DNA of 64,000 nucleotides from positions 32,001 through 96,000 of the IMG/VR virus record IMGVR_UViG_3300005683_000016; one strand, written 5' to 3'. The notes below the pieces were generated by a model, which did not search any database, had not been told where the DNA came from, and saw only the letters and a list, made by a program, of their open reading frames with translations. The position numbers and the translations under genes were made by a program. The stretch comes from a virus. Below are positions 49,607 through 58,026 of this stretch, one piece after another (the first letter of the stretch is position 1; every line of letters starts with the position of its first letter).

Positions 49607-49694
49607 GGCCCCGTAACACATCATCGTTCTAAGGTGACGCTTAAAAGAGTGTAATTGGAAACAGCGTTTGGGAGTTCGAGTCTCTCCGGGGTCA
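49607..49694 (+). ncRNA. Aberrant tRNA-like element
   Basis: Acceptor GGCCCCG/CGGGGTC-A and T-arm GGGAG-TTCGAGT-CTCTC are intact, but the D/anticodon region is non-canonical. Confidence 0.65.
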
Positions 49695-49707
49695 CGCTAT
49701 TTGTTTT

Positions 49708-49739
49708 ATCCGTTTGTTGTAAAATGAACGGATTTTTTT
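49708..49739 (+). terminator. Intrinsic terminator after the tRNA cluster
   Basis: ATCCGTTTGTT-loop-AATGAACGGAT plus T-run. Confidence 0.75.
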
Positions 49740-49760
49740 GTTTTACAAACATCAGATTAA

Positions 49761-50006
49761 ATGAACAATTCTCAATTTGCAATCCTCCTATTAATTATAG
49801 TAGGAGGGTTGTTTTTCTTTCTCACAAAGCATCGTTCAGAAGATGCTGAACTCAAAATCGCCAAGGAAGTACTTGGCTCTGACAAAAGAATGTGGAATCT
49901 ATTTAATGTTTCCTATTCTAATTATAAACGTGGCAAAATAGTAGCACTTCTTGTTGCTGCTATCTTTGCTATTATCGTTGTATATGTAATTTTACCTGCA
50001 AAATAG
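49761..50006 (+). CDS. Two-TM membrane protein
   Basis: N- and C-terminal hydrophobic helices. Confidence 0.65.
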   Translation: MNNSQFAILLLIIVGGLFFFLTKHRSEDAELKIAKEVLGSDKRMWNLFNVSYSNYKRGKIVALLVAAIFAIIVVYVILPAK

Positions 50007-50016
50007 AAAATATGAA

Positions 50017-50832
50017 ATGAATAAAGTAAGTCGTCAAATCAGTTACGTTCCTGTTGTATACAGGAATAAAGAAATCAAAATCAAATTAATCCCATCAATA
50101 ACTCTATTGGTGGGATTTTTTATTTTATCTATAGGATGTGGAAAGGCATTGTTTTCTACTCATACAGTAATTAAAGAAGCAGTTCCTTATAAAGTGGTGG
50201 AACGAGATACTGTTATCAAAACAGTAACCAAAATTAAAGTAGTAGAAAAACCAGATCCTCTTAGCAAGAGAATTGTTAGGGATTTTACTAAAAGTTACAA
50301 AAGCCTCCCAATTGAGAATAAAAATACTGCTGCTAAGTATAAAGGATATACTCCTTACCAAATTATGATGTGGCACTTAAAAGCACACGAAAGTTTTAGA
50401 CCTCATCAATATCCTGATGGAGATTATCCTTCTAAAGGATTCGGTTTAAATCTTAGTCCAGAACACATTGCGTGGGCCAAATCTCAATTAGGATTTCATC
50501 CTAAAAAAAGAGACTGGACATTTGAAGAGGGTCAGAAATTGTTAATTGCGTACTGTAAAGAACATACGCTCGACCCACTTAGGAAACAATATCCTAAATT
50601 AAATCAGTTTCAAATTGTTGCTTATGCTTGTCATAAATACAACACAGGTAACACAAGAAACTTTGGATTTTGTTGTGGAGGTAAGTCTACAAAAATGAGA
50701 TGTGGAAGGAAAAGTAAAGCACATCATGCTCGTAGAGTATTTGAAGTGCAATTATTTAACGGAACATTACCTGCTTCTAAGATTGAAGCAGATCGTGTTA
50801 AAGCAATAAATCTACAACAAACATATCAATAA
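50017..50832 (+). CDS. Membrane-anchored GH24-like lysozyme
   Basis: TM segment, then 'LKAHESFR...YPDG...GFG', 'YNTG' and 'RR..E..LF'. Confidence 0.7.
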   Translation: MNKVSRQISYVPVVYRNKEIKIKLIPSITLLVGFFILSIGCGKALFSTHTVIKEAVPYKVVERDTVIKTVTKIKVVEKPDPLSKRIVRDFTKSYKSLPIENKNTAAKYKGYTPYQIMMWHLKAHESFRPHQYPDGDYPSKGFGLNLSPEHIAWAKSQLGFHPKKRDWTFEEGQKLLIAYCKEHTLDPLRKQYPKLNQFQIVAYACHKYNTGNTRNFGFCCGGKSTKMRCGRKSKAHHARRVFEVQLFNGTLPASKIEADRVKAINLQQTYQ

Positions 50833-50836
50833 TATT

Positions 50837-51103
50837 ATGGGAGGAATCGAAGTATTTGAATTTGAAGGAAATATGAAACTTGTTTATAAAGTGGCATTAT
50901 ATTTTCCTCAAGACATAACCGCTTTAAATGAAATGGCAACCAATTTAGAAAAAATAGCACAGTGGAACGGGTTTGTTCTGAAAAGTACTGTACAAGTAAA
51001 CTATGGTGTCAAACCTCGTAGAGATGGTTTAATTACTCTGTATATAGACGTAGAATATAAAGAAAATCATCCTTTTAGAACCACTACTTCTTTGTTAGGA
51101 TGA
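50837..51103 (+). CDS. Hypothetical protein
   Basis: 88-aa ORF in the operon. Confidence 0.55.
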   Translation: MGGIEVFEFEGNMKLVYKVALYFPQDITALNEMATNLEKIAQWNGFVLKSTVQVNYGVKPRRDGLITLYIDVEYKENHPFRTTTSLLG

Positions 51104-51435
51104 AAATTTTTCTTATATTAAGTGTTATTGGTATCTGTTTATGGGAATCTTATTCACCTCTCCCTGATTTTAGTAAGAAAGAGTTCGAATATTATTATCC
51201 CATTTGTTCACAATTTAAATCAAACGTACCTGTATCTATTTTGATTCTTTACAAGATTCAATCTAAAGATCAGGTACGTTTGTTTAAGAAAAAACATTTA
51301 CTTAGATCAAAATCTTTAAAGGACTGGATTCAATATATGAATCTTTCTGACGAAGAAATTGAAAAATTACTAAAATATGAGAATTACGAAAACAGTCTTC
51401 GTAGTCGTAGTTCTTCTATTAGGATATACCGTTAA
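51100..51435 (+). CDS. Signal-anchored hypothetical protein (degenerate glucosaminidase-like?)
   Basis: N-terminal hydrophobic stretch; 'VPVSILIL..IQS' weakly recalls GH73 but lacks the catalytic Glu. Confidence 0.4.
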   Translation: MKIFLILSVIGICLWESYSPLPDFSKKEFEYYYPICSQFKSNVPVSILILYKIQSKDQVRLFKKKHLLRSKSLKDWIQYMNLSDEEIEKLLKYENYENSLRSRSSSIRIYR

Positions 51436-51961
51436 CTCTTATACTGTTGAGTTGGGTTCTCCTCGAATAGAAGAACCTGAAACAATCGAAGAGAAATACA
51501 AAGTGATACAAGAATGGAGTCACGGGCTAAAAGAAAAAGGATTGATTTCGATTAGTCCTGATTCTTTTGCTAAGGCTGCAATTATTGTAATGTGGTGCGA
51601 AAGTAGACTTGAAACTAAATCTCAAGATAAGTTGGGAAGTCAAGGATTAAATCAACTGCTTCCTTCTACAAGAAAGTTGATTGGTGCTCCTAATGATATT
51701 CGAAATAAATCATTTAGAGAACATCTTGAATACTTTGAGGCCTACCTTGTATTAACTGGAAAGAGCAATCAAATCGAGTGTAGTATAGATCTCCACGCAC
51801 TTAATTTTGCACCATCAAGATTTCACAAAGAAGTGTTTTGCAAGACTTCTAAAGGGTTAAAGGCCCTTGACAAGAATCAAGACGGTGTAATCAGTCGTCA
51901 AGATTTACACTTGTTTCAACAAAAGAAAATTATAAAAAATTCTTTTTTAAAATCTCTATAA
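51377..51961 (+). CDS. Lytic transglycosylase (SLT-like) with signal anchor
   Basis: 'MWCES', 'QGLNQLLPST' and a C-terminal 'LDKNQDGVIS' EF-hand-like motif. Confidence 0.75.
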   Translation: MRITKTVFVVVVLLLGYTVNSYTVELGSPRIEEPETIEEKYKVIQEWSHGLKEKGLISISPDSFAKAAIIVMWCESRLETKSQDKLGSQGLNQLLPSTRKLIGAPNDIRNKSFREHLEYFEAYLVLTGKSNQIECSIDLHALNFAPSRFHKEVFCKTSKGLKALDKNQDGVISRQDLHLFQQKKIIKNSFLKSL

Positions 51962-52017
51962 CAAACCAAATGGAAAGGCCCGTAGCATATTAATAACTAC
52001 ATTAAAGGTCAGGAAAA

Positions 52018-52191
52018 ATGACAATAGAAGAAAAAGTTCAGTTTCTTAAGTCTTATACAAATGAAGCATGGTATTATGAATACATGCTACAAAATGAAAA
52101 AGACGAGAAAAGAAAAGAGTTGATCATCAAAAAAATTAACGACACTTATGCGTATATTGTCGCACAAGATTCTAACTTACACCAACTATGA
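52018..52191 (+). CDS. Small hypothetical protein (57 aa, not in the ORF track)
   Basis: MTIEEKVQFLKSY... open frame. Confidence 0.5.
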   Translation: MTIEEKVQFLKSYTNEAWYYEYMLQNEKDEKRKELIIKKINDTYAYIVAQDSNLHQL

Positions 52192-52261
52192 AGTACAGTT
52201 TTTTAACTAAGATACAAGTCTATCTTGTGTCTCTATTTTCAATCTTTAAATTGTTTAAAAA

Positions 52262-52455
52262 ATGACTATCCTTACAATAATACTACTTATAGCAGGTATA
52301 ATTGGTTTGTTTGGAGGACTCCTTTCTTTCCTCGGTATATTTGATTATACCGATGATTGACCCACACTATTGTCACCTATCAAAAGCAAGGAACGATAAT
52401 GATGGTAGTAGGTTTTATTCTACTAATATTATCGTTTGGAAATATTTATCACTAA
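52262..52455 (+). pseudogene. Frameshifted two-TM membrane gene
   Basis: TM1 (MTILTIILLIAGIIG...) and TM2 (GTIMMVVGFILLILSFG) lie in different frames; one added base near 52357 would join them. Confidence 0.45.
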
Positions 52456-52475
52456 TCTTGTTTAATTTAATTAAT

Positions 52476-52835
52476 ATGAAACGTATTTTTAGTATCGTCT
52501 TTTTTTTGACAGTGTGGTTTACCTGTCAGAGTCAAAATTTTAGTTTGGTTTCCCCATCATTCCAAGATGAACCTCTTGTAATGATTGATAACAACGGAGA
52601 GTTTTTGTTTGAAAAACCTTACCAAACTTCAAACAGTGAGTATCTTCCGTACACTCGAATTGTACATCAAAATAATGAGATCGAGATCAACCTTGGTGGT
52701 AGTTATGTAATGTGTATTTCATTGACAGAAGACTGTCAGTGGATTTCCAAATATGATCTCTACCAAGATTGGAATTGGATTGAAGGGTTTGTTTTCGTAA
52801 TCGCGGAAGATGTTATTATGTATGGAAAAGATTAA
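52476..52835 (+). CDS. Secreted hypothetical protein
   Basis: MKRIFSIVFFLTVWFTCQS|Q signal peptide. Confidence 0.65.
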   Translation: MKRIFSIVFFLTVWFTCQSQNFSLVSPSFQDEPLVMIDNNGEFLFEKPYQTSNSEYLPYTRIVHQNNEIEINLGGSYVMCISLTEDCQWISKYDLYQDWNWIEGFVFVIAEDVIMYGKD

Positions 52836-53010
52836 TGCTTTAACAGCAATGAAAGCAATAACAGCCATAGTATGTGTATTGTATACTTTGGCTTATTTCG
52901 AAGAAGGATGGACAATTCTACAGTTGGTAGAAAAAGTTCTCTCTTCTTTGTGTGTAATATGGGTGTCATATTCGCTTGGTTGGTTCCAAGCGATGTCGCA
53001 GATAAAATAA
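52810..53010 (+). CDS. Small two-TM protein
   Basis: Two hydrophobic segments. Confidence 0.55.
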   Translation: MLLCMEKINALTAMKAITAIVCVLYTLAYFEEGWTILQLVEKVLSSLCVIWVSYSLGWFQAMSQIK

Positions 53011-53036
53011 ATTTTTTCATGTGAATAATTTTGTTG

Positions 53037-53068
53037 AACCTCCTTGATGAAAATCAAGGAGGTTTTTT
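53037..53068 (+). terminator. Intrinsic terminator
   Basis: AACCTCCTTGAT-GAAA-ATCAAGGAGGTT plus T-run. Confidence 0.85.
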
Positions 53069-53101
53069 CTTTTGAACTTTTCACTTTTAAATAGTATAAA
53101 A

Positions 53102-53473
53102 ATGTTCTTTGTAGTTAAAGTAAACATGTTTAACGGTACTACCGACAATCCTGCTCGTCCTGACAAAAACGGACTTTATCCAGTGCTTTTGACCTCTTAT
53201 AACGGTACAATTCCTTCTAACACAAGAGTTATCGCAGGTACAGTTGCACATAGGGCTGGGCTGGAACCTGGTAAAAACTTTGCAATCCAATTGACTAAAA
53301 CGAGTGTTGATCCTCAATACGGAGATCGGTATCAAATTGATGTAATCGGTGAAGTAACTACACTGGAAATTGTTACCAAGATTCGTGAATTTGGTCAAGG
53401 TCAGGTTCAAGTTGCTCCCGGAGTAAAATCTGAAACACGGGTGTTGGATACCGTAACAGTTGAAGAAGACTAA
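53102..53473 (+). CDS. Hypothetical beta-rich protein (possible OB-fold)
   Basis: Biased codon usage, acidic C-terminal tail, downstream hairpin at 53493-53514. Confidence 0.65.
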   Translation: MFFVVKVNMFNGTTDNPARPDKNGLYPVLLTSYNGTIPSNTRVIAGTVAHRAGLEPGKNFAIQLTKTSVDPQYGDRYQIDVIGEVTTLEIVTKIREFGQGQVQVAPGVKSETRVLDTVTVEED

Positions 53474-53527
53474 TTTAATTTCTAATTTAACCGGGAGGAG
53501 GTAACACTCCTCCCAAAACTTTCTTAT

Positions 53528-54031
53528 ATGATAATGACACCTATGAGCAAAGTACTGCTCAATCTTTTGGTATCTCATCAATACTTTATTAAAAAGGGAA
53601 AAACCGAGGCTGCTAAGTTTGTAGAGTCGCAAATCCTTGCTTTCTATAATAGTAAATGCGGAGAAATTTCCAGCCAAGTATATTGGCTTGAAACTGAAGG
53701 GTATATCTTGAGAGATGGGAAGATCACTAAAAAAGGACGGCAGGTAATTGCACCTGTTGAGCAAGTGATTCAACAAGAGTCTTTTCTTGATACTCTTTAC
53801 GAACTTCCATCAAACACTTTGATTAAATTGATGTCCGATGTCCTCACAATTTCAGCAGATAGAATTCGAGAAGAAGGGATTGAGATTGTAAGTCAAGACT
53901 GCGTAGATGCCCTTAATAATATGAACGAAGTGTACAACCGTTGTATCACTCCGTTTGTACTTGACGACAGTGTTGTAGAAGACGAAGATATGTTCCATGA
54001 AGAAGTTGTCACTCAACTGCAAATGGCATAG
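53528..54031 (+). CDS. Hypothetical protein with wHTH-like N-terminus
   Basis: 'WLETEGYI...ITKKGR'. Confidence 0.6.
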   Translation: MIMTPMSKVLLNLLVSHQYFIKKGKTEAAKFVESQILAFYNSKCGEISSQVYWLETEGYILRDGKITKKGRQVIAPVEQVIQQESFLDTLYELPSNTLIKLMSDVLTISADRIREEGIEIVSQDCVDALNNMNEVYNRCITPFVLDDSVVEDEDMFHEEVVTQLQMA

Positions 54032-54053
54032 GGTTATTTTGGTGAAAATTGAT

Positions 54054-54091
54054 AGGAAGGTAAGTAGCAATATTTACCTTCCTTATTTTTT
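54054..54091 (+). terminator. Intrinsic terminator
   Basis: AGGAAGGTAAGTA-GCAA-TATTTACCTTCCT plus T-rich tail. Confidence 0.75.
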
Positions 54092-54109
54092 AATTTCTAA
54101 AACAAAAAA

Positions 54110-54475
54110 ATGAAATATATCATTTTTCTATTATTTTTGCCTCTTACCTTAAGAAGTCAAAATACGACTTCTTATGAGTCCTACTTTCAGACTATTACTG
54201 ACAACGAATCTGTAAACATCTATCACGTTAAAATGGTAATTAAAGTGACAGATGATTACGTAGAAGTTCTTAGTGATGTAGAAAGCGAGTTTATGTCACT
54301 TGCTAAAGTTGAAGTAGAATGGCAATTAGGAACAGGATTTTTAATGTCTGCTAATAAAGAACATACTGTGTTCTATTATCCTAAAATTAATAAACTTGTA
54401 ATTATCAATTTAAACAATCAAACAGAAAGTATATTTTATGGAAATATCCCAAAGTCCGTTGAAATCTCAAAATAA
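54110..54475 (+). CDS. Secreted hypothetical protein
   Basis: MKYIIFLLFLPLTLRS|Q signal peptide. Confidence 0.65.
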   Translation: MKYIIFLLFLPLTLRSQNTTSYESYFQTITDNESVNIYHVKMVIKVTDDYVEVLSDVESEFMSLAKVEVEWQLGTGFLMSANKEHTVFYYPKINKLVIINLNNQTESIFYGNIPKSVEISK

Positions 54476-54503
54476 TAAATTTAGAATTTATTAAAAATTG
54501 TCA

Positions 54504-54608
54504 TACTTTTGTTCTGCTTTTGTAATATCAGTAACACAAAATAATAATTATATAGCCACACTCAAGGTATTACCAGGCTGGTATTACAAAAGCACTTGAG
54601 ATGTGGCT
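54504..54608 (+). promoter_or_regulatory. -7 promoter element plus structured leader of the LAGLIDADG gene
   Basis: TACTTTTG at 54504; inverted pairs 54515-54532/54577-54594 and 54554-54566/54595-54608. Confidence 0.55.
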
Positions 54609-54619
54609 TTTTATTTATT

Positions 54620-55561
54620 ATGAAGATTAAAAGTTGGACAGTAGAACAGTTAAAGTTATTAAAAAATCATTATGCGGACTCTAATATAAGTATAAAGGAG
54701 TTAAGCAAACTCATTGGTAGATCAGAACAGGCTATTATCCAAAAGGCTTGTAAATTAAAAATTCATAGATTTAGTCAAATTAAGGATAGTAGTATAGAAT
54801 TTTTAAAAAATAATTATCATAATTTACAAATACCTCATAAAATCTTTGAAGCAGAGATTGGAAGGAGTTGGCCCACCATATTACTGCTTGCAAAAAGTTT
54901 AGGATTAAAGCGGACTATTTCTTATACACCCAACTCTAATTATTTTAATAGTATTGACTGTTGGGAAAAATCTTACATAATAGGATTATTTTGGGCTGAT
55001 GCGCATAATAGTATTATAGAAAATAGAATTTCAATAGGATTACAGGAGCAAGATAAGCATATTCTCGAATCAATCAATAATATCATACAAAAAGATACAC
55101 CTTTAATGTTTAAACCTGGTAGAATAGCGAAAGGTTATAGACAAAAAAGTAAAAATCAATATGTTCTTAGAATAAGAGACAAAACAATTTCTCAGAAACT
55201 GTTAGAATATGGAATGACTTCGAATAAAACTAAAACTTTAAAATTTCCAACTTGTATCCCTGATCAATTTCTTTCTGCTTTTATCTTAGGTTATTTTGAT
55301 GGAGATGGGTGTATTTATTTAGGTAAGAAATGTAGTAATAAAGTATCTATTTGTGGGACTCTAAGTATGTTAACGGAAATAAAGAGGATATTAATTGAAA
55401 ACTGTAATGTATCTGATGTTAAAATCAGACAAGTAGGAAATATATACGACATTGCTTGGAGTAAAAAAGAAGATTTAAAAAATATTAGAAGTTTTTTATA
55501 CTCAAATGCTACTTTATATTTACAACGAAAATATAATAAATTTCATTCTATAGAAAATTAA
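54620..55561 (+). CDS. LAGLIDADG homing endonuclease
   Basis: YIIGLFWADA and FILGYFDGDG motifs; C-terminal LQRKY. Confidence 0.9.
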   Translation: MKIKSWTVEQLKLLKNHYADSNISIKELSKLIGRSEQAIIQKACKLKIHRFSQIKDSSIEFLKNNYHNLQIPHKIFEAEIGRSWPTILLLAKSLGLKRTISYTPNSNYFNSIDCWEKSYIIGLFWADAHNSIIENRISIGLQEQDKHILESINNIIQKDTPLMFKPGRIAKGYRQKSKNQYVLRIRDKTISQKLLEYGMTSNKTKTLKFPTCIPDQFLSAFILGYFDGDGCIYLGKKCSNKVSICGTLSMLTEIKRILIENCNVSDVKIRQVGNIYDIAWSKKEDLKNIRSFLYSNATLYLQRKYNKFHSIEN

Positions 55562-55565
55562 CTAT

Positions 55566-56288
55566 ATGAATAATCTAATAACAATCAACGTTATCACATA
55601 TAATGAGTCTGTAATGATTCAGTTTTTTATTGACCATTACAGAAAAATGTTTCCTGATTGCAGAATCAGAGTATACGATAATTATTCTACAGATAATACG
55701 GTAGAGATTGCTTTAGCCAATAATTGCGAAGTAATACCTTATGATTCTGGTAATGAAATTAGAGATGATATTTATATTGATATAAAAAATAATTGTCACA
55801 AGTATTGTAATACTCCTTTTGTCTTTATTGGAGATTGTGACGAAATAGTATTTATAACTCAAGAACAGTTATTAAAAGAGCAAGAAAAAGGTACAACTGT
55901 TATTTCTTTTGAGGGGTGGAATATGATAACTATGAGTGATGATCCAGACATTATTGATTTAGATTTACATTGGGCCTCTCGTGCTTCGCAGTATGACAAA
56001 ATTTACATATACAATAGAGAAGAGATTTCTCATGTAAGTTATAGTGCGGGAGCACATTTTTGTGCTTTAACTGGTAATGTAAAATATAGTGAACACTTTT
56101 ATTTAATGTGTCATTTTAAAGCCCTTGGTTTAAATTATATGATTAATCGTCACACAGAATTCGGTAAGAGACTTAGTAAACAAAATTTAGTTGCTGGACA
56201 TGGTATACACTACCTTGATAGCGAACAACAGATTAGGAACAATTGGAAGTTTTATCAAACTCATCCAGATTTAGTTAAAGTGCTATGA
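55566..56288 (+). CDS. Family 2-like glycosyltransferase
   Basis: ITYNE, YDNYSTDNT, GDCDE. Confidence 0.85.
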   Translation: MNNLITINVITYNESVMIQFFIDHYRKMFPDCRIRVYDNYSTDNTVEIALANNCEVIPYDSGNEIRDDIYIDIKNNCHKYCNTPFVFIGDCDEIVFITQEQLLKEQEKGTTVISFEGWNMITMSDDPDIIDLDLHWASRASQYDKIYIYNREEISHVSYSAGAHFCALTGNVKYSEHFYLMCHFKALGLNYMINRHTEFGKRLSKQNLVAGHGIHYLDSEQQIRNNWKFYQTHPDLVKVL

Positions 56289-56932
56289 TAACTTTTTGTA
56301 TTACTTCTTGCGGAAGATGGAAATTACTCGAACAAACTTTAGATTCGTTTTTAAAGTTAAATATGTTTCCTATCGAGAAATTTATCCTCAATGAAGATAG
56401 TGGAGACACAGGAATTGTAAAGAGGATTTTGGATAAATATGGGGATAAATTTCACATTATTCGAAGTCCTAAAAACCAAGGACTACTTAAATCTGCTGAC
56501 AATCTAATGTCCTTGGTAGATACACCGTATGTATTTTGGGCAGAAGATGATTGGTTATTTCAAGGAAACTCTAATTTCATTCAGGAATCTTTGCAAATCT
56601 TATCTACAAGAGAAGACATTCATCAGGTATGGATAAGATCAGGTATTCCTAAAGACTGGCTTGAAACAGAGGATTTAGGAGGGTTTAGAATGGTTAAAGA
56701 TTGTCATTTTGGAGATTGGTGCGGATTTAGTTTCAATCCCGGTCTTCGAAGACTTAGAGATTACAAAATAATGTTTCCTCAAGGATATAATGCTTTAAAC
56801 ACTCATGGAACAAACTCTGCTCTTAATGAACACGAATGTAACCAAGTAGCATCTACTTTTGGTTACAGAGCAGCAATTTTAAACAATCCTTCTTGCCAAC
56901 ACATAGGAGAAGGTAAATCAACGTACAAATGA
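56285..56932 (+). CDS. Family 2-like glycosyltransferase
   Basis: TSCGR..LL..TL.SF, EDS, AEDDW, FSFNP.L, HIG. Confidence 0.85.
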   Translation: MITFCITSCGRWKLLEQTLDSFLKLNMFPIEKFILNEDSGDTGIVKRILDKYGDKFHIIRSPKNQGLLKSADNLMSLVDTPYVFWAEDDWLFQGNSNFIQESLQILSTREDIHQVWIRSGIPKDWLETEDLGGFRMVKDCHFGDWCGFSFNPGLRRLRDYKIMFPQGYNALNTHGTNSALNEHECNQVASTFGYRAAILNNPSCQHIGEGKSTYK

Positions 56933-57459
56933 TTGATATACATAATGCCTATGTAATGAAGCATGGAAACAAAGTCTGTATTGTTACTTTTATGGATGCA
57001 GATAGATTTCCTGTTAATTTTAGTCACGGGTTTGTAGAATGTACTACTCAGACAAATATTTATTCAAATATGCTTCCATACATTACAGTTAATGTAGACA
57101 CTTTAATTGATGCAGATGAATGGGGACTTAAAACAGATGGAATGCCGTGTAAAGGAGCAGGTCTTATTGGAATTGTTACCCGTGCGTTATTTTATATGAA
57201 ACGAGTAAAAGGATTTCTTGGAGGAATTTTGTATGAAGAAAAAATTATCAATATGATTGATACAAATATCAAAGAGTTTTGTCGGGTAGTAATTCGAATA
57301 AATGAGATAAATGAATACTTAGATAAAGAAAAAGAATCTTTTTATGACGGAAGACACTCATTTGAAGAGGTTTATTCAAATTCGATTAATGAATTAAAAG
57401 ATTTACAAAAAGAGTTTCTTTTTGTATTTACAGTGCTTAAAATAAAGACAGCAAATTAA
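56929..57459 (+). CDS. Hypothetical protein
   Basis: 176-aa ORF overlapping its neighbours. Confidence 0.6.
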   Translation: MIDIHNAYVMKHGNKVCIVTFMDADRFPVNFSHGFVECTTQTNIYSNMLPYITVNVDTLIDADEWGLKTDGMPCKGAGLIGIVTRALFYMKRVKGFLGGILYEEKIINMIDTNIKEFCRVVIRINEINEYLDKEKESFYDGRHSFEEVYSNSINELKDLQKEFLFVFTVLKIKTAN

Positions 57460-57815
57460 TGACTGAATTAAAATTTTATAGATACGACTCTGTAGAATAT
57501 GCTTCATTAGACTTTGATGGAGACGCTATAGTTCCTCCTTTTCCAAATCCTACAATAGAATTGCGTACATTTGATCTATTTAAAGAAACTTCAAAAGGAT
57601 ATTGGATTATTTCAAGTGGTTTAAAATTTTTCTCTCGATACAAGAAATGGGTATCTAAAACTGCTAAAAAAAGATATGCTTATCCTTCTAAAAAAGAAGC
57701 ATTGAACAGTTTTATTAAACGAAATCAAAGAAGATTAGAAATACTTGAAAGACAACTTGAATTGTGTAAGGCAAACTTAGCAAAAGCAGAACTCATAAAA
57801 ACGGACGATAATTAA
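57459..57815 (+). CDS. Hypothetical phage protein
   Basis: 'KET.KGYWI...KWVSK..KKRYAYP.K.EAL.SF..R'. Confidence 0.65.
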   Translation: MTELKFYRYDSVEYASLDFDGDAIVPPFPNPTIELRTFDLFKETSKGYWIISSGLKFFSRYKKWVSKTAKKRYAYPSKKEALNSFIKRNQRRLEILERQLELCKANLAKAELIKTDDN

Positions 57816-57843
57816 TGTTTAAAGTAAAAATCTATTATGAAAA

Positions 57844-58026
57844 ATGAGCAATAAAAAAATATTTATTATTCTATTTATAACCCTACTTGTAATAGGACTC
57901 TGGTTTGTTCCTTTACTTGGATTTAAAGTTGTTTACGGTACATGGGGATTACTGTATGTTCCTATTTTTATAATTAATATGATGTGGTTTTCATACCTAA
58001 CAGAAGTCTTAAAGCAAGTAGAATGA
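57844..58026 (+). CDS. Small two-TM protein
   Basis: Hydrophobic 60 aa. Confidence 0.55.
   Translation: MSNKKIFIILFITLLVIGLWFVPLLGFKVVYGTWGLLYVPIFIINMMWFSYLTEVLKQVE

Noticed and set aside
49621-49640. Amber-suppressor (CTA) reading of the tRNA-like element, and stop-codon recoding
   Set aside because: The stem only pairs with the loop GTTCTAA (TCT centred). Genes are full length in code 11, and TAG/TGA end genes at normal junctions (e.g. 181, 25974, 28746, 30887).
53087-53776. 229-aa minus-strand ORF
   Set aside because: Antisense to two well-formed plus-strand genes and crosses their intergenic hairpin.
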